Source: an uncultured Candidatus Entotheonella sp.
GTDB taxonomy: Bacteria; Tectomicrobia; Entotheonellia; Entotheonellales; Entotheonellaceae
Reading direction: 5' to 3'
DNA length: 64,000 bases
Assembly: GCA_965215335.1 (NCBI GenBank)
Contig: CBDCDA010000002.1
Coordinates: forward strand, 1,178,979-1,242,978
Under the pieces are notes generated by a model, which saw only the letters and a program-made list of their open reading frames with translations, made no database searches and was not told the origin of the DNA. The translations under genes and the position numbers were made by a program. Positions within the stretch are counted from its first letter, which is position 1. Each line of letters starts with the position of its first letter. Of the stretch, positions 1 to 9,788 are shown piece by piece.

Positions 1-1135
1 TGGCGGAGACGATGTTGCCCCAGCGGTCGATGATCGAGTAGTGCGTCGTGCAGCCCTGACCGTCATCGGGCGAGCTGTCGGGCAAGAACGACGGGTTGGC
101 GCGGTCGAACGACAGGTTGCGGCTGAGGTCGGCGGCCCATGCCTTGTCGATCAGCTCGTGCGTCGGAATCGACGGCAGGGTATCGGGGTCGGCGACGTAG
201 CGCTCGCCGACCGCGAATGACGCCTTGAGCGCCTCGGCGATCAGGTGGATGGTGTCGGCAGCGTGCGGCCCCCAGTCGCGCACGGGGTAGCGTTCCAGGA
301 CGTTGAGCACCTGGAGCAGTCGCATGCCGCCGGTGCTTGGCGGCGGGGTCGTCAACAAGGTGTAACCGCGGTAGGTGCCGCGGATAATGGGGCGTTCACG
401 CGTTCGGTAGGTGGCCAGGTCGCTTGCGGCGACCAGGCCGCCGTGGGCTGCCATGAAACGGCCAAGCCGACGGGCAAACGTATCCTGGCCGAAGGCTTCC
501 AGCCCGACTTCCGAGATATGGGCCAGGGTCTGCGCCAGTTCCGGCTGCCGCAACGATTCGCCGGCGGGTATGGGGCCTTCGGGGCGGGTGAAGATGCGAG
601 CCGTCGTGGGGTAGCGAGACAGGAGGTCATGGTAAGCGGCGAATTGCTTGGCCATTTTGGGGGTTATGGTGATGCCGTGTTCAGCATGGTGGATGGCTGG
701 CGTGATCATGGGTTCCAGCGTCCGACGCGCCAGCAGGCCGAAATGGGCGGCGGCGTGGGCGAGCCCGCTGGGCATGCCGGGCACCGCTACCGCCAGCGGG
801 CCGTGCAGGGTAAGATCGTGTACGGATTGGCCGGTGCCGTAGTAGTGGTCGGGCGTCGCGGCGGCGGGGGTTCTTTCCCGGAAGTCCAGACATAGAACCC
901 GACCATTGCCGAGGCGGGCGGCGGGAGAGTCGGCACGGCTGTCCGGCATCCATATCGTCATGAACCCGCCGCCGCCCAGGCCGGAGGCGTAGGGCTCGAC
1001 GACGCCGAGGGTGAATGAAATCGCCAGCGCGGCGTCGATCGCATTGCCGCCGCGTTGCAGCATCACAAGGCCGGTCCGTGCGGCCGCCGGATGCGCGGCG
1101 CATACCATGCCCTGCGACCCGTGAGGTCTGTCCAT
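1..1135 (-). CDS. ggt: gamma-glutamyltransferase family protein (3'-truncated by window edge)
   Basis: Not in the ORF track. Manual translation from ATG at 1135 gives [36 protein letters not shown]...[14 protein letters not shown], and the same frame near base 1 gives [18 protein letters not shown] (catalytic Thr motif). Confidence 0.9.
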   Translation of the reverse strand, partial: MDRPHGSQGMVCAAHPAAARTGLVMLQRGGNAIDAALAISFTLGVVEPYASGLGGGGFMTIWMPDSRADSPAARLGNGRVLCLDFRERTPAAATPDHYYGTGQSVHDLTLHGPLAVAVPGMPSGLAHAAAHFGLLARRTLEPMITPAIHHAEHGITITPKMAKQFAAYHDLLSRYPTTARIFTRPEGPIPAGESLRQPELAQTLAHISEVGLEAFGQDTFARRLGRFMAAHGGLVAASDLATYRTRERPIIRGTYRGYTLLTTPPPSTGGMRLLQVLNVLERYPVRDWGPHAADTIHLIAEALKASFAVGERYVADPDTLPSIPTHELIDKAWAADLSRNLSFDRANPSFLPDSSPDDGQGCTTHYSIIDRWGNIVSA

Positions 1136-1214
1136 TTCCAAATCTGAACCTTTTCCGCGGAACCAACGGGCGGGACGACAGCAGGCCACCGTCCTTTGCG
1201 AAGGAGACCCATCC

Positions 1215-2855
1215 ATGAGCCGGCTCACGATGTCCACAGCCTGGAAAGCCCTGGAGGCTCACAGAGAAGTCATCGCCGCCCAACACATGCGCGACCTGTT
1301 TGCCGCCGACCCGCGGCGGTTCGATACGTTTTCGCTGCGGTTCGGGGGCATGCTGCTGGACTATTCCAAGAATCGGATTACCGTCCAAACGATGCGGTTG
1401 CTACGCGACCTGGCGATGCAGGCGAATCTGCCCGGCTGGATCGCGCGCATGTTCACAGGCAGCAAGATTAACACGACCGAGGGGCGCGCCGTGCTGCACG
1501 TCGCGCTGCGAAACCGCGCCGATCGTCCCATATTCGTGGACGGCAAGGACGTGATGCCGCAGGTCAACGAGGTGCTGGGCCGCATGCAGGCGTTCAGCAC
1601 CGCGGTGCGCCAGGGAACCTGGACGGGCTGCGACGGCAGAGCGTTTACCGACGTGGTGAATATCGGCATCGGCGGTTCCGACCTGGGTCCCGTCATGGTC
1701 ACGGAGGCGCTCAAGCCTTATGCCCGGGAAGGGCTGCACATGCGTTTCGTCTCCAATATCGACGGCACCCAGCTGGCCGAGACGCTGAAGCATTGCCGAC
1801 CCGAGACGACGCTGTTTCTCGTTGCGTCCAAGACCTTCACGACCCAGGAAACGATGACCAATGCCCGCACGGCCAGGACGTGGTTCTTGCGCCAGGCCGG
1901 GGACGACGCTCACGTGGCCAGGCACTTCGTGGCGCTGTCCATGAACGCCGAAGCGGTGCGCGCCTTCGGCATCGACCCGGCCAACATGTTTCCGGTCTGG
2001 GACTGGGTGGGGGGACGCTATTCGTTGTGGTCGGCCATCGGTTTGTCGATTGCGATTGCCATCGGCTTCGACAACTTCAGCGCGCTGCTAGACGGGGCGC
2101 ACGACATGGACGAGCATTTCCGCACGGCGCCGCTTGAAGAAAACCTCCCTGCCACGCTCGGGCTGCTGGGTATCTGGTACAACAACTTTTTCGGTGCCCA
2201 GACCCACGCGATCCTGCCGTACGATCAATACCTGCATCGCTTTCCCGCCTATTTCCAGCAGGGCGACATGGAGAGCAACGGCAAGGGCGTCCAGCGCGAC
2301 GGAACGCTGGTTGACCATACGACAGGTCCGGTCGTCTGGGGTGAGCCGGGCACCAATGGGCAGCACGCGTTCTACCAACTCATGCATCAGGGCACCCGCC
2401 TCATTCCGTGTGACTTCATCGCGCCCGTGAAGAGTCACAACGCGGTCGGCGACCACCACAGGATTCTGCTGTCGAATTTCTTCGCGCAGTCGGAGGCTCT
2501 GATGAAGGGTAAAACCGCCGAGGAGGTGCGCACCGAACTCGCCGAAAGCGGTGTCAGCGAGTCGGCCATGGCAGACCTCATTCCCCACATGGTGCATGCC
2601 GGCAACAAGCCGACCAACAGCATCCTGGTGCCTCGGATCACGCCGAGAATTCTCGGGCAGCTCCTCGCGCTCTACGAGCACAAGATCTTCACGCAGGGGA
2701 TCATCTGGAACATCAATTCATTCGATCAATGGGGGGTGGAACTCGGCAAGCAGCTTGCCAACGCCATTCTGCCCAAACTGGAAGGCACGGCTGAAGTCAC
2801 CGGTCATGACAGCTCGACGAACGGGCTGATCAATTACTACAAAGCCAACAGATAG
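1215..2855 (+). CDS. pgi: glucose-6-phosphate isomerase
   Basis: [36 protein letters not shown] motifs; AAGGAG RBS. Confidence 0.98.
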   Translation: MSRLTMSTAWKALEAHREVIAAQHMRDLFAADPRRFDTFSLRFGGMLLDYSKNRITVQTMRLLRDLAMQANLPGWIARMFTGSKINTTEGRAVLHVALRNRADRPIFVDGKDVMPQVNEVLGRMQAFSTAVRQGTWTGCDGRAFTDVVNIGIGGSDLGPVMVTEALKPYAREGLHMRFVSNIDGTQLAETLKHCRPETTLFLVASKTFTTQETMTNARTARTWFLRQAGDDAHVARHFVALSMNAEAVRAFGIDPANMFPVWDWVGGRYSLWSAIGLSIAIAIGFDNFSALLDGAHDMDEHFRTAPLEENLPATLGLLGIWYNNFFGAQTHAILPYDQYLHRFPAYFQQGDMESNGKGVQRDGTLVDHTTGPVVWGEPGTNGQHAFYQLMHQGTRLIPCDFIAPVKSHNAVGDHHRILLSNFFAQSEALMKGKTAEEVRTELAESGVSESAMADLIPHMVHAGNKPTNSILVPRITPRILGQLLALYEHKIFTQGIIWNINSFDQWGVELGKQLANAILPKLEGTAEVTGHDSSTNGLINYYKANR

Positions 2856-2900
2856 ATAGCGAAACCGGGGACGACCGAGAGAGGCATCGTCAACGACAAC

Positions 2901-2931
2901 AGGGGCGACCGGGTGTGTGTCCGTCGCCCCT
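2901..2931. repeat. REP-like hairpin between convergent genes
   Basis: AGGGGCGAC...GTCGCCCCT inverted repeat. Confidence 0.5.
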
Positions 2932-2939
2932 GGGGAGGT

Positions 2940-4010
2940 TCAGTACAGCGCCACCGGGTTGCCGGGGGAACCGGTCGCGCCGATGATCTTCAGGGGCGAC
3001 CACACGAACAGGAATTCGTATACCCCGTCCCGGATCAGTGGTGTGAAGTCAAGATTTTCGATGTTCCAGATACCCCGCCGCGTTTGCAATTCGGTATGGC
3101 AGGGTACGGCGTACCCTTCTTCCTCACCGACCGGCTGGGCGTCATTCGCCGACGTGTCGCCGCCGGTCAGGATGACTCTACGCTCGGCAAAATACTCGCA
3201 GGCGCTGATGCCGAAGCCCGGTTCGCCGGAATTGAACATCTGCCGCCGCTGCGCCTTCTCTTCCGCAGACAGGGTGGGCCACACTTCGTTCGCCCACAGG
3301 TCGCCGTGGCCGGTGTACAGGAACACGCAGTCGCCCTCGCTGATGTCCGAGAGGCCCTGCTTGTGCAGGATGCCTCGCACATCGTCGGCGGTAACGATGC
3401 CCGGGCTGTCCGTCGAGCGCGGGATCGGCAGCGGGTTGATGCCCTTGTAATCGGCGGCGTTCAGCAGCACGCCGCGGCACACGAAACCCTTCTCCGCGAC
3501 GAACTCGACACCGAGACCGCCCATGCCGATGACGCGCCCACCGGCGCCGCGGGTGTAGGTTTCAGCAGCCATCTGGCCGTTGTAGAAGAAATCGCCCTGC
3601 GAGGTGCGGACGCCGATGTGCCCCGGACCGTCGAACTGCGTGCTCACCTGACCTATTTCAGTGGTTACCATCTCGTCATGATATACCAAGTTGTTCTTGC
3701 CGAACGGGCCGCCGGTGGGGGTGCCGGGGATGGTCAGGCTCCAGCTGCGGGGACCGAAGAGGGGAACGTCGGAGGCGTACAGTTTGCCAAGCGTCGCCAC
3801 CTTGCCTTGCCTGACCAGCCTGACCGCGTTCAAAACGATATCCGGCGTGGTGCGATTGGGTGCGCCGACTCGATCGTCCGGACCCCATTCCGTTGGGGCC
3901 CAGTTTTCCTTGAGCGGCTTGTCGTCCATCTGGGCATGGGCCATTGCGGTAAACAGGCATGCCGCGACGACCATTGCCAGCGCGGAGAACCTGTTCATTT
4001 TGAGTGCCAT
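2940..4010 (-). CDS. secreted cyclase (kynurenine formamidase-like) family protein
   Basis: Signal peptide; WGPDDRVGAPN, QVSTQFDGPGH, NIENL, GATGSPGNPVA motifs; GAGAGAGGA RBS before ATG 4010. Confidence 0.85.
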   Translation of the reverse strand: MALKMNRFSALAMVVAACLFTAMAHAQMDDKPLKENWAPTEWGPDDRVGAPNRTTPDIVLNAVRLVRQGKVATLGKLYASDVPLFGPRSWSLTIPGTPTGGPFGKNNLVYHDEMVTTEIGQVSTQFDGPGHIGVRTSQGDFFYNGQMAAETYTRGAGGRVIGMGGLGVEFVAEKGFVCRGVLLNAADYKGINPLPIPRSTDSPGIVTADDVRGILHKQGLSDISEGDCVFLYTGHGDLWANEVWPTLSAEEKAQRRQMFNSGEPGFGISACEYFAERRVILTGGDTSANDAQPVGEEEGYAVPCHTELQTRRGIWNIENLDFTPLIRDGVYEFLFVWSPLKIIGATGSPGNPVALY

Positions 4011-4093
4011 ATCCTCTCTCCTTGGATCAGAGATACACGTTCCGTGAGGTAACGAGGTATCGCTACCGATTAGCAGGGCAGAGACGAGTATTA

Positions 4094-4119
4094 ACATCAC
4101 AAGCGGCTTGTGATGTCAA
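4094..4119. promoter_or_regulatory. perfect 11-1-11 palindrome overlapping a minus-strand TTGACA
   Basis: ACATCACAAGC-G-GCTTGTGATGT (4094-4116); TGTCAA at 4114-4119, upstream of the cyclase gene. Confidence 0.55.
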
Positions 4120-4124
4120 GCGGA

Positions 4125-5009
4125 TTACACCGGCATGGCGCGTCGGGTATGGGTGCGCCCTTCCTTGGCCGTTTCCTCCCGGCCGCCTGCGATTACTCGA
4201 ACTCCCGAGTCGATCTTCTCGATCACCGTTTCCGGCGTGCAGCTTTCCAGGTAGGCCAGACCATTGGCTCGGCAAGCATGAAAGACGCGGTCGCGCGCCC
4301 GTTGCACGTCGGGCGGGAACGGCTCGCGCGGCACCTGTTTGTAGCCCATCGCCAGGCCCAGATCGCCCGGACCCATCTCGGCAAATCCGAGGCCGGGCAC
4401 GCTGAGGATCTGCTCAACATTGGAAATCCCTTCAAGGCTCTCGATCTTCACCCCCAGGAGCAGTTCGCCCCGCGGGTTGAGGGGCCACGGATCGGCGCGG
4501 TCGATGTAGGCTTCCTGACTCACGCCCCAGATGGCCGCCGCTTCGGGTTCCGAACCGCGTCCGCGTCGGCCAGCCCGCAGGCCGCGACCGACGCCGACGG
4601 TATGGGTCGGATACCGGCAGGACTCCACAAAGGCGCGTACGGCGTCGGCTGATTCCGCCTGGCAGAGCAGGATGCCGTGGACGCCGCGGGCGAGAATCTG
4701 TCGGAACTGCCAGGCATTGTTGCGAATAACGGACGCGCTCGATCCATCGACCGGAACTTCGACGATCACCGCCGGGGTTCGGTGGCCGCTGGCCGTCGGG
4801 CCGCCGTCGACCAGCCCCTGCACGTACGTCCCCAGCCCGGTCATGTCGAACGCCCCGTGCTCCATCCCGACGTTGATGTAATCGGCCCACGTACTGGCGT
4901 CCTCACGGCCCTTGTCATAGGTCAGAACGTGCCCCGTATGGCCGCCGTCGTAGTAGATCGGCTGGCCGCTTGCCAGCAGGGCAACGGCACGGTTGATGCG
5001 GTTTTGCAT
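4125..5009 (-). CDS. HpcH/HpaI aldolase/citrate lyase family protein
   Basis: MEHG, KIES.EG..N...I, GPGDLGLAMG motifs. Confidence 0.8.
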   Translation of the reverse strand: MQNRINRAVALLASGQPIYYDGGHTGHVLTYDKGREDASTWADYINVGMEHGAFDMTGLGTYVQGLVDGGPTASGHRTPAVIVEVPVDGSSASVIRNNAWQFRQILARGVHGILLCQAESADAVRAFVESCRYPTHTVGVGRGLRAGRRGRGSEPEAAAIWGVSQEAYIDRADPWPLNPRGELLLGVKIESLEGISNVEQILSVPGLGFAEMGPGDLGLAMGYKQVPREPFPPDVQRARDRVFHACRANGLAYLESCTPETVIEKIDSGVRVIAGGREETAKEGRTHTRRAMPV

Positions 5010-5179
5010 GGGGTGTCCTTTCTGTTCTTGCGGTCAGGGAAATTGGGGTCAAGAAGAGCGTTCGGGGCGACCGGGAAGTTCCTTGACAGGTGACATGGAG
5101 CATGGCACTTTAGACGCCTCCGCCGCCACAGGCAAGGCGGTAAACGAGTTTGGCACATTCCTTGACAGGGAGAGAGGGT

Positions 5180-6160
5180 ATGCAAAGGTACAAGGCATTG
5201 TTGATTGTCCTGCTGGCGCTTGTATTTTGCGCCGCGTCGGCGATGGCTCAGACCAGGGAAGAGGGACCTTGGTGGCCGCACCCGATCTGGGGTGCTGGCG
5301 ATCAGGCCGGCGGCTCGAACTGGATCACGCCGGAAAAGATCATGGATTCGTTGAAGATGGTGACGACCGGCAAGGTCTACGAGATCGGCCAGGTGTACGA
5401 GCGTGGCATGCCGCTGTTCGGGCAGCGTACCTATGCGATGTTCGCCAACCAGGCCGGCCCGTTTGGCGACAACATGCTGATGGGTCACGACGATTTTCTG
5501 TGCGCCGAGATCGGCCAGGTGGGCACGCAGTTCGACGGCCCGGCCCACATCGGCATGCGCATGACCATGGCCGACGGCACCAGCAAGGACGTGTATTACA
5601 ACGGCTTTACGGAACAGGATGACCTGAAAGGCTTTTACGGCGTCGAGAGTCTGGGCATCGAGAACGTCAAGCCGTACATCACCCGCGGCGTTCTGGTTGA
5701 CGTGGCCGGATACAGGGGCGTGGATACCCTCGACCACAGCTACGAAGTCACCATGGACGACGTGCGCGGTGCACTCGCCAGGCAGGGCATCTCCGAGGCG
5801 AGCATCAACGACGGCGACGCGCTGTTCTTCAACTATGGCTGGTCGAAGCTGTGGGGCGATCCCGACACCTACAACACCAACCCTCCGGGCATTGGCATGG
5901 AAGTGGCCGCGTGGATCGTGGCGCAGAATGCCTCGATGGTCGGCTCCGACTCCTGGCCGACCGAGGTGTGGCCGAGCCCGACCGGTCTGGTCGTGCCGGT
6001 ACACCAGGAGCTGATCACGAAGGCCGGTATTTTCAACCTGGAAAACATGGTTTTCGACAGCGTGATCGCGGACGGCGTGTACGAATTCCTCTACATCTTC
6101 ACGCCCATCCGGTTCAAGGGCGGCACCGGCTCGCCCGCCCGCCCGCTGGCTATCCGGTAA
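5180..6160 (+). CDS. secreted cyclase family protein (second paralog)
   Basis: Signal peptide ending AMA; WGAGDQAGGSN, QVGTQFDGPAH, NLENM, GGTGSPARPLA motifs. Confidence 0.85.
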   Translation: MQRYKALLIVLLALVFCAASAMAQTREEGPWWPHPIWGAGDQAGGSNWITPEKIMDSLKMVTTGKVYEIGQVYERGMPLFGQRTYAMFANQAGPFGDNMLMGHDDFLCAEIGQVGTQFDGPAHIGMRMTMADGTSKDVYYNGFTEQDDLKGFYGVESLGIENVKPYITRGVLVDVAGYRGVDTLDHSYEVTMDDVRGALARQGISEASINDGDALFFNYGWSKLWGDPDTYNTNPPGIGMEVAAWIVAQNASMVGSDSWPTEVWPSPTGLVVPVHQELITKAGIFNLENMVFDSVIADGVYEFLYIFTPIRFKGGTGSPARPLAIR

Positions 6161-6185
6161 GCATCCACCCACAACCGCATAACAG

Positions 6186-6221
6186 AAAAGGGGACGCCCG
6201 ATTCGGGTCGTCCCCTTTTTT
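6186..6221 (+). terminator. rho-independent terminator (possibly bidirectional)
   Basis: AAAAGGGGACG...CGTCCCCTTTTTT hairpin after the cyclase stop. Confidence 0.8.
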
Positions 6222-6236
6222 GTCCCCCCCCCTAAC

Positions 6237-6279
6237 AAAAAAGGCCGGGAAACGCTTTGCGCGCTCCCGGCCTCCTTTT
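6237..6279 (-). terminator. rho-independent terminator for the amidohydrolase pair
   Basis: A-run followed by GGCCGGGA...TCCCGGCC stem; U-tail on the minus strand. Confidence 0.7.
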
Positions 6280-6296
6280 GCGCCTGGGCGGACTGC

Positions 6297-7799
6297 TTAC
6301 GCCTTGGCGATATACCCGTAAGCGGTATTGTCACGCAGGGTCGTGAGCTTGCCGGCTGCGTCGTAATCCCGCTTGATCTGTGCAAACTTGTCCTCGCTCA
6401 GGCGGCCATAATTGGCGCGCAGATCGAGGTTGTACAAGCGTGCGGAGTTGAGGCCGAAGATCTGTTGCTTGACGGCGCTGTCGGCGCCGCCCAGAGGCGC
6501 GAAGCCGTACTTCTCCTGCATGTCCTCGGGGATTTCCATGCGGCGCATCGCCTCGATCTGCCACTGCGGCGAACCGTAAAGCACGGAGTCGGTTCCCCAC
6601 ACCACGTTGGAGACGCCCAGGCCCTTGATCCAGGTGCCCAGAATCGCCGCCGTGAGGCGCGGGTTGATGATGGACGTGGATGCGAAGGTCGTACCCATTT
6701 CGGCGTAGACGTTCGAGGCGCCGTTCTGGGCCGGGACTTCGGCCAGGTCCGAACACCACTCGATCCGGCCGGTCTTCTCGAAATCGCCCAAGGAGTCGCC
6801 AGGAGCATCGAAGAAGGCCCGGAAGCAGCCGTGGTAGATGATGAAGTTGAGCTGCGGCCAGTCTGCTGCGGCCTTGACGAGGTCGCGCGGCGTCTGGTAT
6901 TCCCACACGCCGGCCCAGCTCTGCTCGTAATCCCTCGGCATAAGGCCCTTGTGGATGCAGAGGTTGACGATGCCCGCCTTCGCGGCTTTCTCGTAGAAGG
7001 GGTACATCAGCTTCTCGTCATCGAGCCAGAAGGGATACTTCGTCTTCGCGGACAGGGGATCGCCGATGGTGTAGAGCTTCCAGCTTGCGGGCGGCCGCTC
7101 GGCCAGAGCGCGGTCCACTTCTTCCATCCAGCCGGGCTGCCCCGGGGTCACCACGTTATGGGCCAGCATGCGGGTGTGACCCGCGGTGACGTTGACCATC
7201 TTGGCGGCTTCGGCGATCTGCGCGTTGTTGAGGAATTCCCAGGAATCGTCGTCAAACGGCGCACCGCTCAATACCGACACGTCGGTATCGCTGTTGAGGT
7301 AAATCTGCCGCACGTAGTTCTCGAACTTCAGCAGATAGATGTCGATCTTGTTGGGGTCCATCCCCGTCTTCCAGTCCGTGGCCGTCTTCTGCAAGAAGCC
7401 GAGGAAGCCTTCCTGGGTGTAGTCGTCGCGTACGAAGTGGGTCTGCACGTCGAAGATGAACTGCTGCCTGAGGGCCTCGGCGCGCTCGTTGGCCATGGCG
7501 GCGTCGGCGGCCTCAGCCTCGGATACGTCGAACACGTTGCCGTACACGCTGTTCATGGCCAGGAAAGCGGCGGCCATGCCGGAACTGGTCTTGAGGAACT
7601 CGCGGCGGTCCATACCCTGCCTGGCGCCGTAGGTATCGGCCAGTTCCTTGATGCGCGCTTCGACTTGCTTCTGCTGCGCATTCTGCGGCGGCGGGTTGAA
7701 TTCGCCGTTGGAGATGACCTGCGTGGGAATCGGCGAGTGGAACGCGTTTTCCGCCCCTTCGACGAGAGAAAATTCGCGATCACTGAAATAGGTACCCAT
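6297..7799 (-). CDS. amidohydrolase_2 family metallohydrolase, copy 2
   Basis: FDVQTH, CIHKG, FIIYH, VVWGTD motifs; internal DRREFLK. Confidence 0.85.
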   Translation of the reverse strand: MGTYFSDREFSLVEGAENAFHSPIPTQVISNGEFNPPPQNAQQKQVEARIKELADTYGARQGMDRREFLKTSSGMAAAFLAMNSVYGNVFDVSEAEAADAAMANERAEALRQQFIFDVQTHFVRDDYTQEGFLGFLQKTATDWKTGMDPNKIDIYLLKFENYVRQIYLNSDTDVSVLSGAPFDDDSWEFLNNAQIAEAAKMVNVTAGHTRMLAHNVVTPGQPGWMEEVDRALAERPPASWKLYTIGDPLSAKTKYPFWLDDEKLMYPFYEKAAKAGIVNLCIHKGLMPRDYEQSWAGVWEYQTPRDLVKAAADWPQLNFIIYHGCFRAFFDAPGDSLGDFEKTGRIEWCSDLAEVPAQNGASNVYAEMGTTFASTSIINPRLTAAILGTWIKGLGVSNVVWGTDSVLYGSPQWQIEAMRRMEIPEDMQEKYGFAPLGGADSAVKQQIFGLNSARLYNLDLRANYGRLSEDKFAQIKRDYDAAGKLTTLRDNTAYGYIAKA

Positions 7800-7870
7800 T
7801 AACTTCCCTCCCATGATGACGATGTCGGACTAACACAAAGGTGCGGATGACAACGCGTATCCGCTTGGTG

Positions 7871-7901
7871 GGTGCATGCGGGATGGGAACCCGCATGCAC
7901 C
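7871..7901. repeat. 12-bp-stem intergenic hairpin
   Basis: GGTGCATGCGGG-ATGGGAA-CCCGCATGCACC between the two amidohydrolase genes. Confidence 0.65.
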
Positions 7902-7931
7902 GTTGGGGCAAGAGCGGAAACTCAGATCCGA

Positions 7932-9437
7932 TCAGGCACGCTTGGCAATGTAGCCGTACGCCCTGTTGTCACGCAGAGCGGTGAGCTTGCCGGCCTGATC
8001 GTAGTCCCGTTTGATCTGCGCGAACTTGTCCTCGCCGAACCGGCTGTAGTCGGCTCGCAGATCGAGGCCGTAGCAGCGCGCAGAGTTGAGGCCCAGGATC
8101 TGGTTCTTGACCATGCCATCGGCGGGGCCAAGCGGCGCAAAGCCGTACTTCTCTTGCATATCTTCCGGTATTTCGAGGCGGCGCAGGGCTTCAATCTGCC
8201 ACTGCGGCGAGCCGTGAAATACGGAGTCCGTGCCCCACACCACGTTGGAGGCACCCAGGCCCCTGATCCAGGTGCCCAGGATGGCCGCCGTGAGGCGCGG
8301 ATTGACGATTGCGGTAGACGCGAAGGTGGTACCCATCTCCGCATAGACGTTGGAGGCGCCGTTCTGCGCCGGAACCTCGGCAAGCTCGGTACACCATTCG
8401 ATCTTGCCGGTGTTCTCGAAGTCGGCCAGGGCGTCTTCGGGCTTGTCGAAGAAGGCCCGGAAACAGCCGTGGTAGATGATGAAATTGAGCTCTGGCCAGT
8501 CCTTCGCCGCCTTGACGAGGTCGCGCGGCGTCTGGTATTCCCACACGCCAGCCCAGCTCTGGGCGTAGTCCCTCGGCATGAGCCCCTTGTGGATGCAGAG
8601 GTTGTTGATGCCCGCCTTCACGGCCTTCTCGTAGAAGGGATACATCAGCTTCTCGTCGTCGAGCCAGAAGGGGTATTTCGTCTTGGGCGTCAGCGGGTCG
8701 CCGATGGTGTACAGCTTCCAGCTTGCGGGCGGCCGCTCGGCCAGGGCCTGGTCCACTTCATCCATCCAGCCGGGCTGCCCGGGAGTCACCACCGCGTGGG
8801 CCAGCATGCGGGTATGCCCCGCCGTCTGGTTGACCATATTGGCGGCTTCGGCGATCTGCGCGTTGTTGAGGAATTCCCAGGTGTCGTCATCGAAGGGCGC
8901 GCCGCTCAACACGGATACCGCAGTATCACTGTTGAGATAGATCTGGCGCACGTAGTTCTCGAACTTCATCAGGTACATGCTGATGTCGTTCGGATCCAGG
9001 CCGTTCTTCCACACATCGGCGCCTTCCTTCAGGAAGCCGAGGAAGCCTTCCTGGGTGTAGTCGTCGCGTACGAAGTGGGTCTGGACGTCGAAGATGAACT
9101 GGTTCTTGAGGGACTCGGCGCGTTCGGTGGCCAGGGCGGCGTCGGCAGCCTCGGCCTCTGAGACATCAAACATCTCGCCATGCACGCTGTTCATGGCCAG
9201 GAAGGCGGCGGCCATGCCGGAACTGGTCTTGAGGAACTCGCGGCGGTCCATGCCTTGCCTGGCACCGTAAGTATCGGCCAGATCCTTGATGCGCGCTTCG
9301 ACTTGCTTTTGCTGCGCACTTTGCGGAGGTGGATTGAACTCACCGTTCGAAACGACCTGGGTTGGAATCGGCGAGTGAAAGGCGTTTTCCGCGCCTTCCA
9401 CGAGTGAGAATTCTCTGTCGCTGAAGTAAGTACCCAT
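7932..9437 (-). CDS. amidohydrolase_2 family metallohydrolase, copy 1
   Basis: Closely similar tandem paralog with the same motifs; GAGGAGG RBS. Confidence 0.85.
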   Translation of the reverse strand: MGTYFSDREFSLVEGAENAFHSPIPTQVVSNGEFNPPPQSAQQKQVEARIKDLADTYGARQGMDRREFLKTSSGMAAAFLAMNSVHGEMFDVSEAEAADAALATERAESLKNQFIFDVQTHFVRDDYTQEGFLGFLKEGADVWKNGLDPNDISMYLMKFENYVRQIYLNSDTAVSVLSGAPFDDDTWEFLNNAQIAEAANMVNQTAGHTRMLAHAVVTPGQPGWMDEVDQALAERPPASWKLYTIGDPLTPKTKYPFWLDDEKLMYPFYEKAVKAGINNLCIHKGLMPRDYAQSWAGVWEYQTPRDLVKAAKDWPELNFIIYHGCFRAFFDKPEDALADFENTGKIEWCTELAEVPAQNGASNVYAEMGTTFASTAIVNPRLTAAILGTWIRGLGASNVVWGTDSVFHGSPQWQIEALRRLEIPEDMQEKYGFAPLGPADGMVKNQILGLNSARCYGLDLRADYSRFGEDKFAQIKRDYDQAGKLTALRDNRAYGYIAKRA

Positions 9438-9577
9438 GGGATGCCTCCTCTTATAAGGTACACAAAGGACAGAACTTCTTCCGTTTCCACAGGACACAGC
9501 CCGGCAACAGCCAAAAGGCGCTCCAGCGTCCCCTTGCTGTTACGAGTCGTTCAAGGAGCACCACTACAAGGGCACGC

Positions 9578-9606
9578 ACTCTAACCAGTCATTTTACCCA
9601 TGTCAA
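9578..9606 (-). promoter_or_regulatory. sigma70-like promoter of the amidohydrolase pair
   Basis: TTGACA-N17-TAGAGT on the minus strand. Confidence 0.6.
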
Positions 9607-9714
9607 TAGGGTATTCTGTCATGTCAGCAGGTTTTTTTGCTTCATGAAGATCAAGGGCTCCGACCATTGTTCGGAACCCATCCAAGGCGAGTTTCCGGGG
9701 CGGCGGCACAGGGT

Positions 9715-9744
9715 TTGACACCGTTGAACGGCTATCAGTATAGT
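9715..9744 (+). promoter_or_regulatory. sigma70-like promoter of the RND operon
   Basis: TTGACA-N18-TATAGT. Confidence 0.6.
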
Positions 9745-9788
9745 ATGCCATCCTTGTGAGACGACCGGGGTTTTGAGAAGTACGAGGC

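Noticed and set aside
9438..9575. Possible riboswitch in the amidohydrolase leader
   Set aside because: No recognisable aptamer consensus or terminator seen by eye
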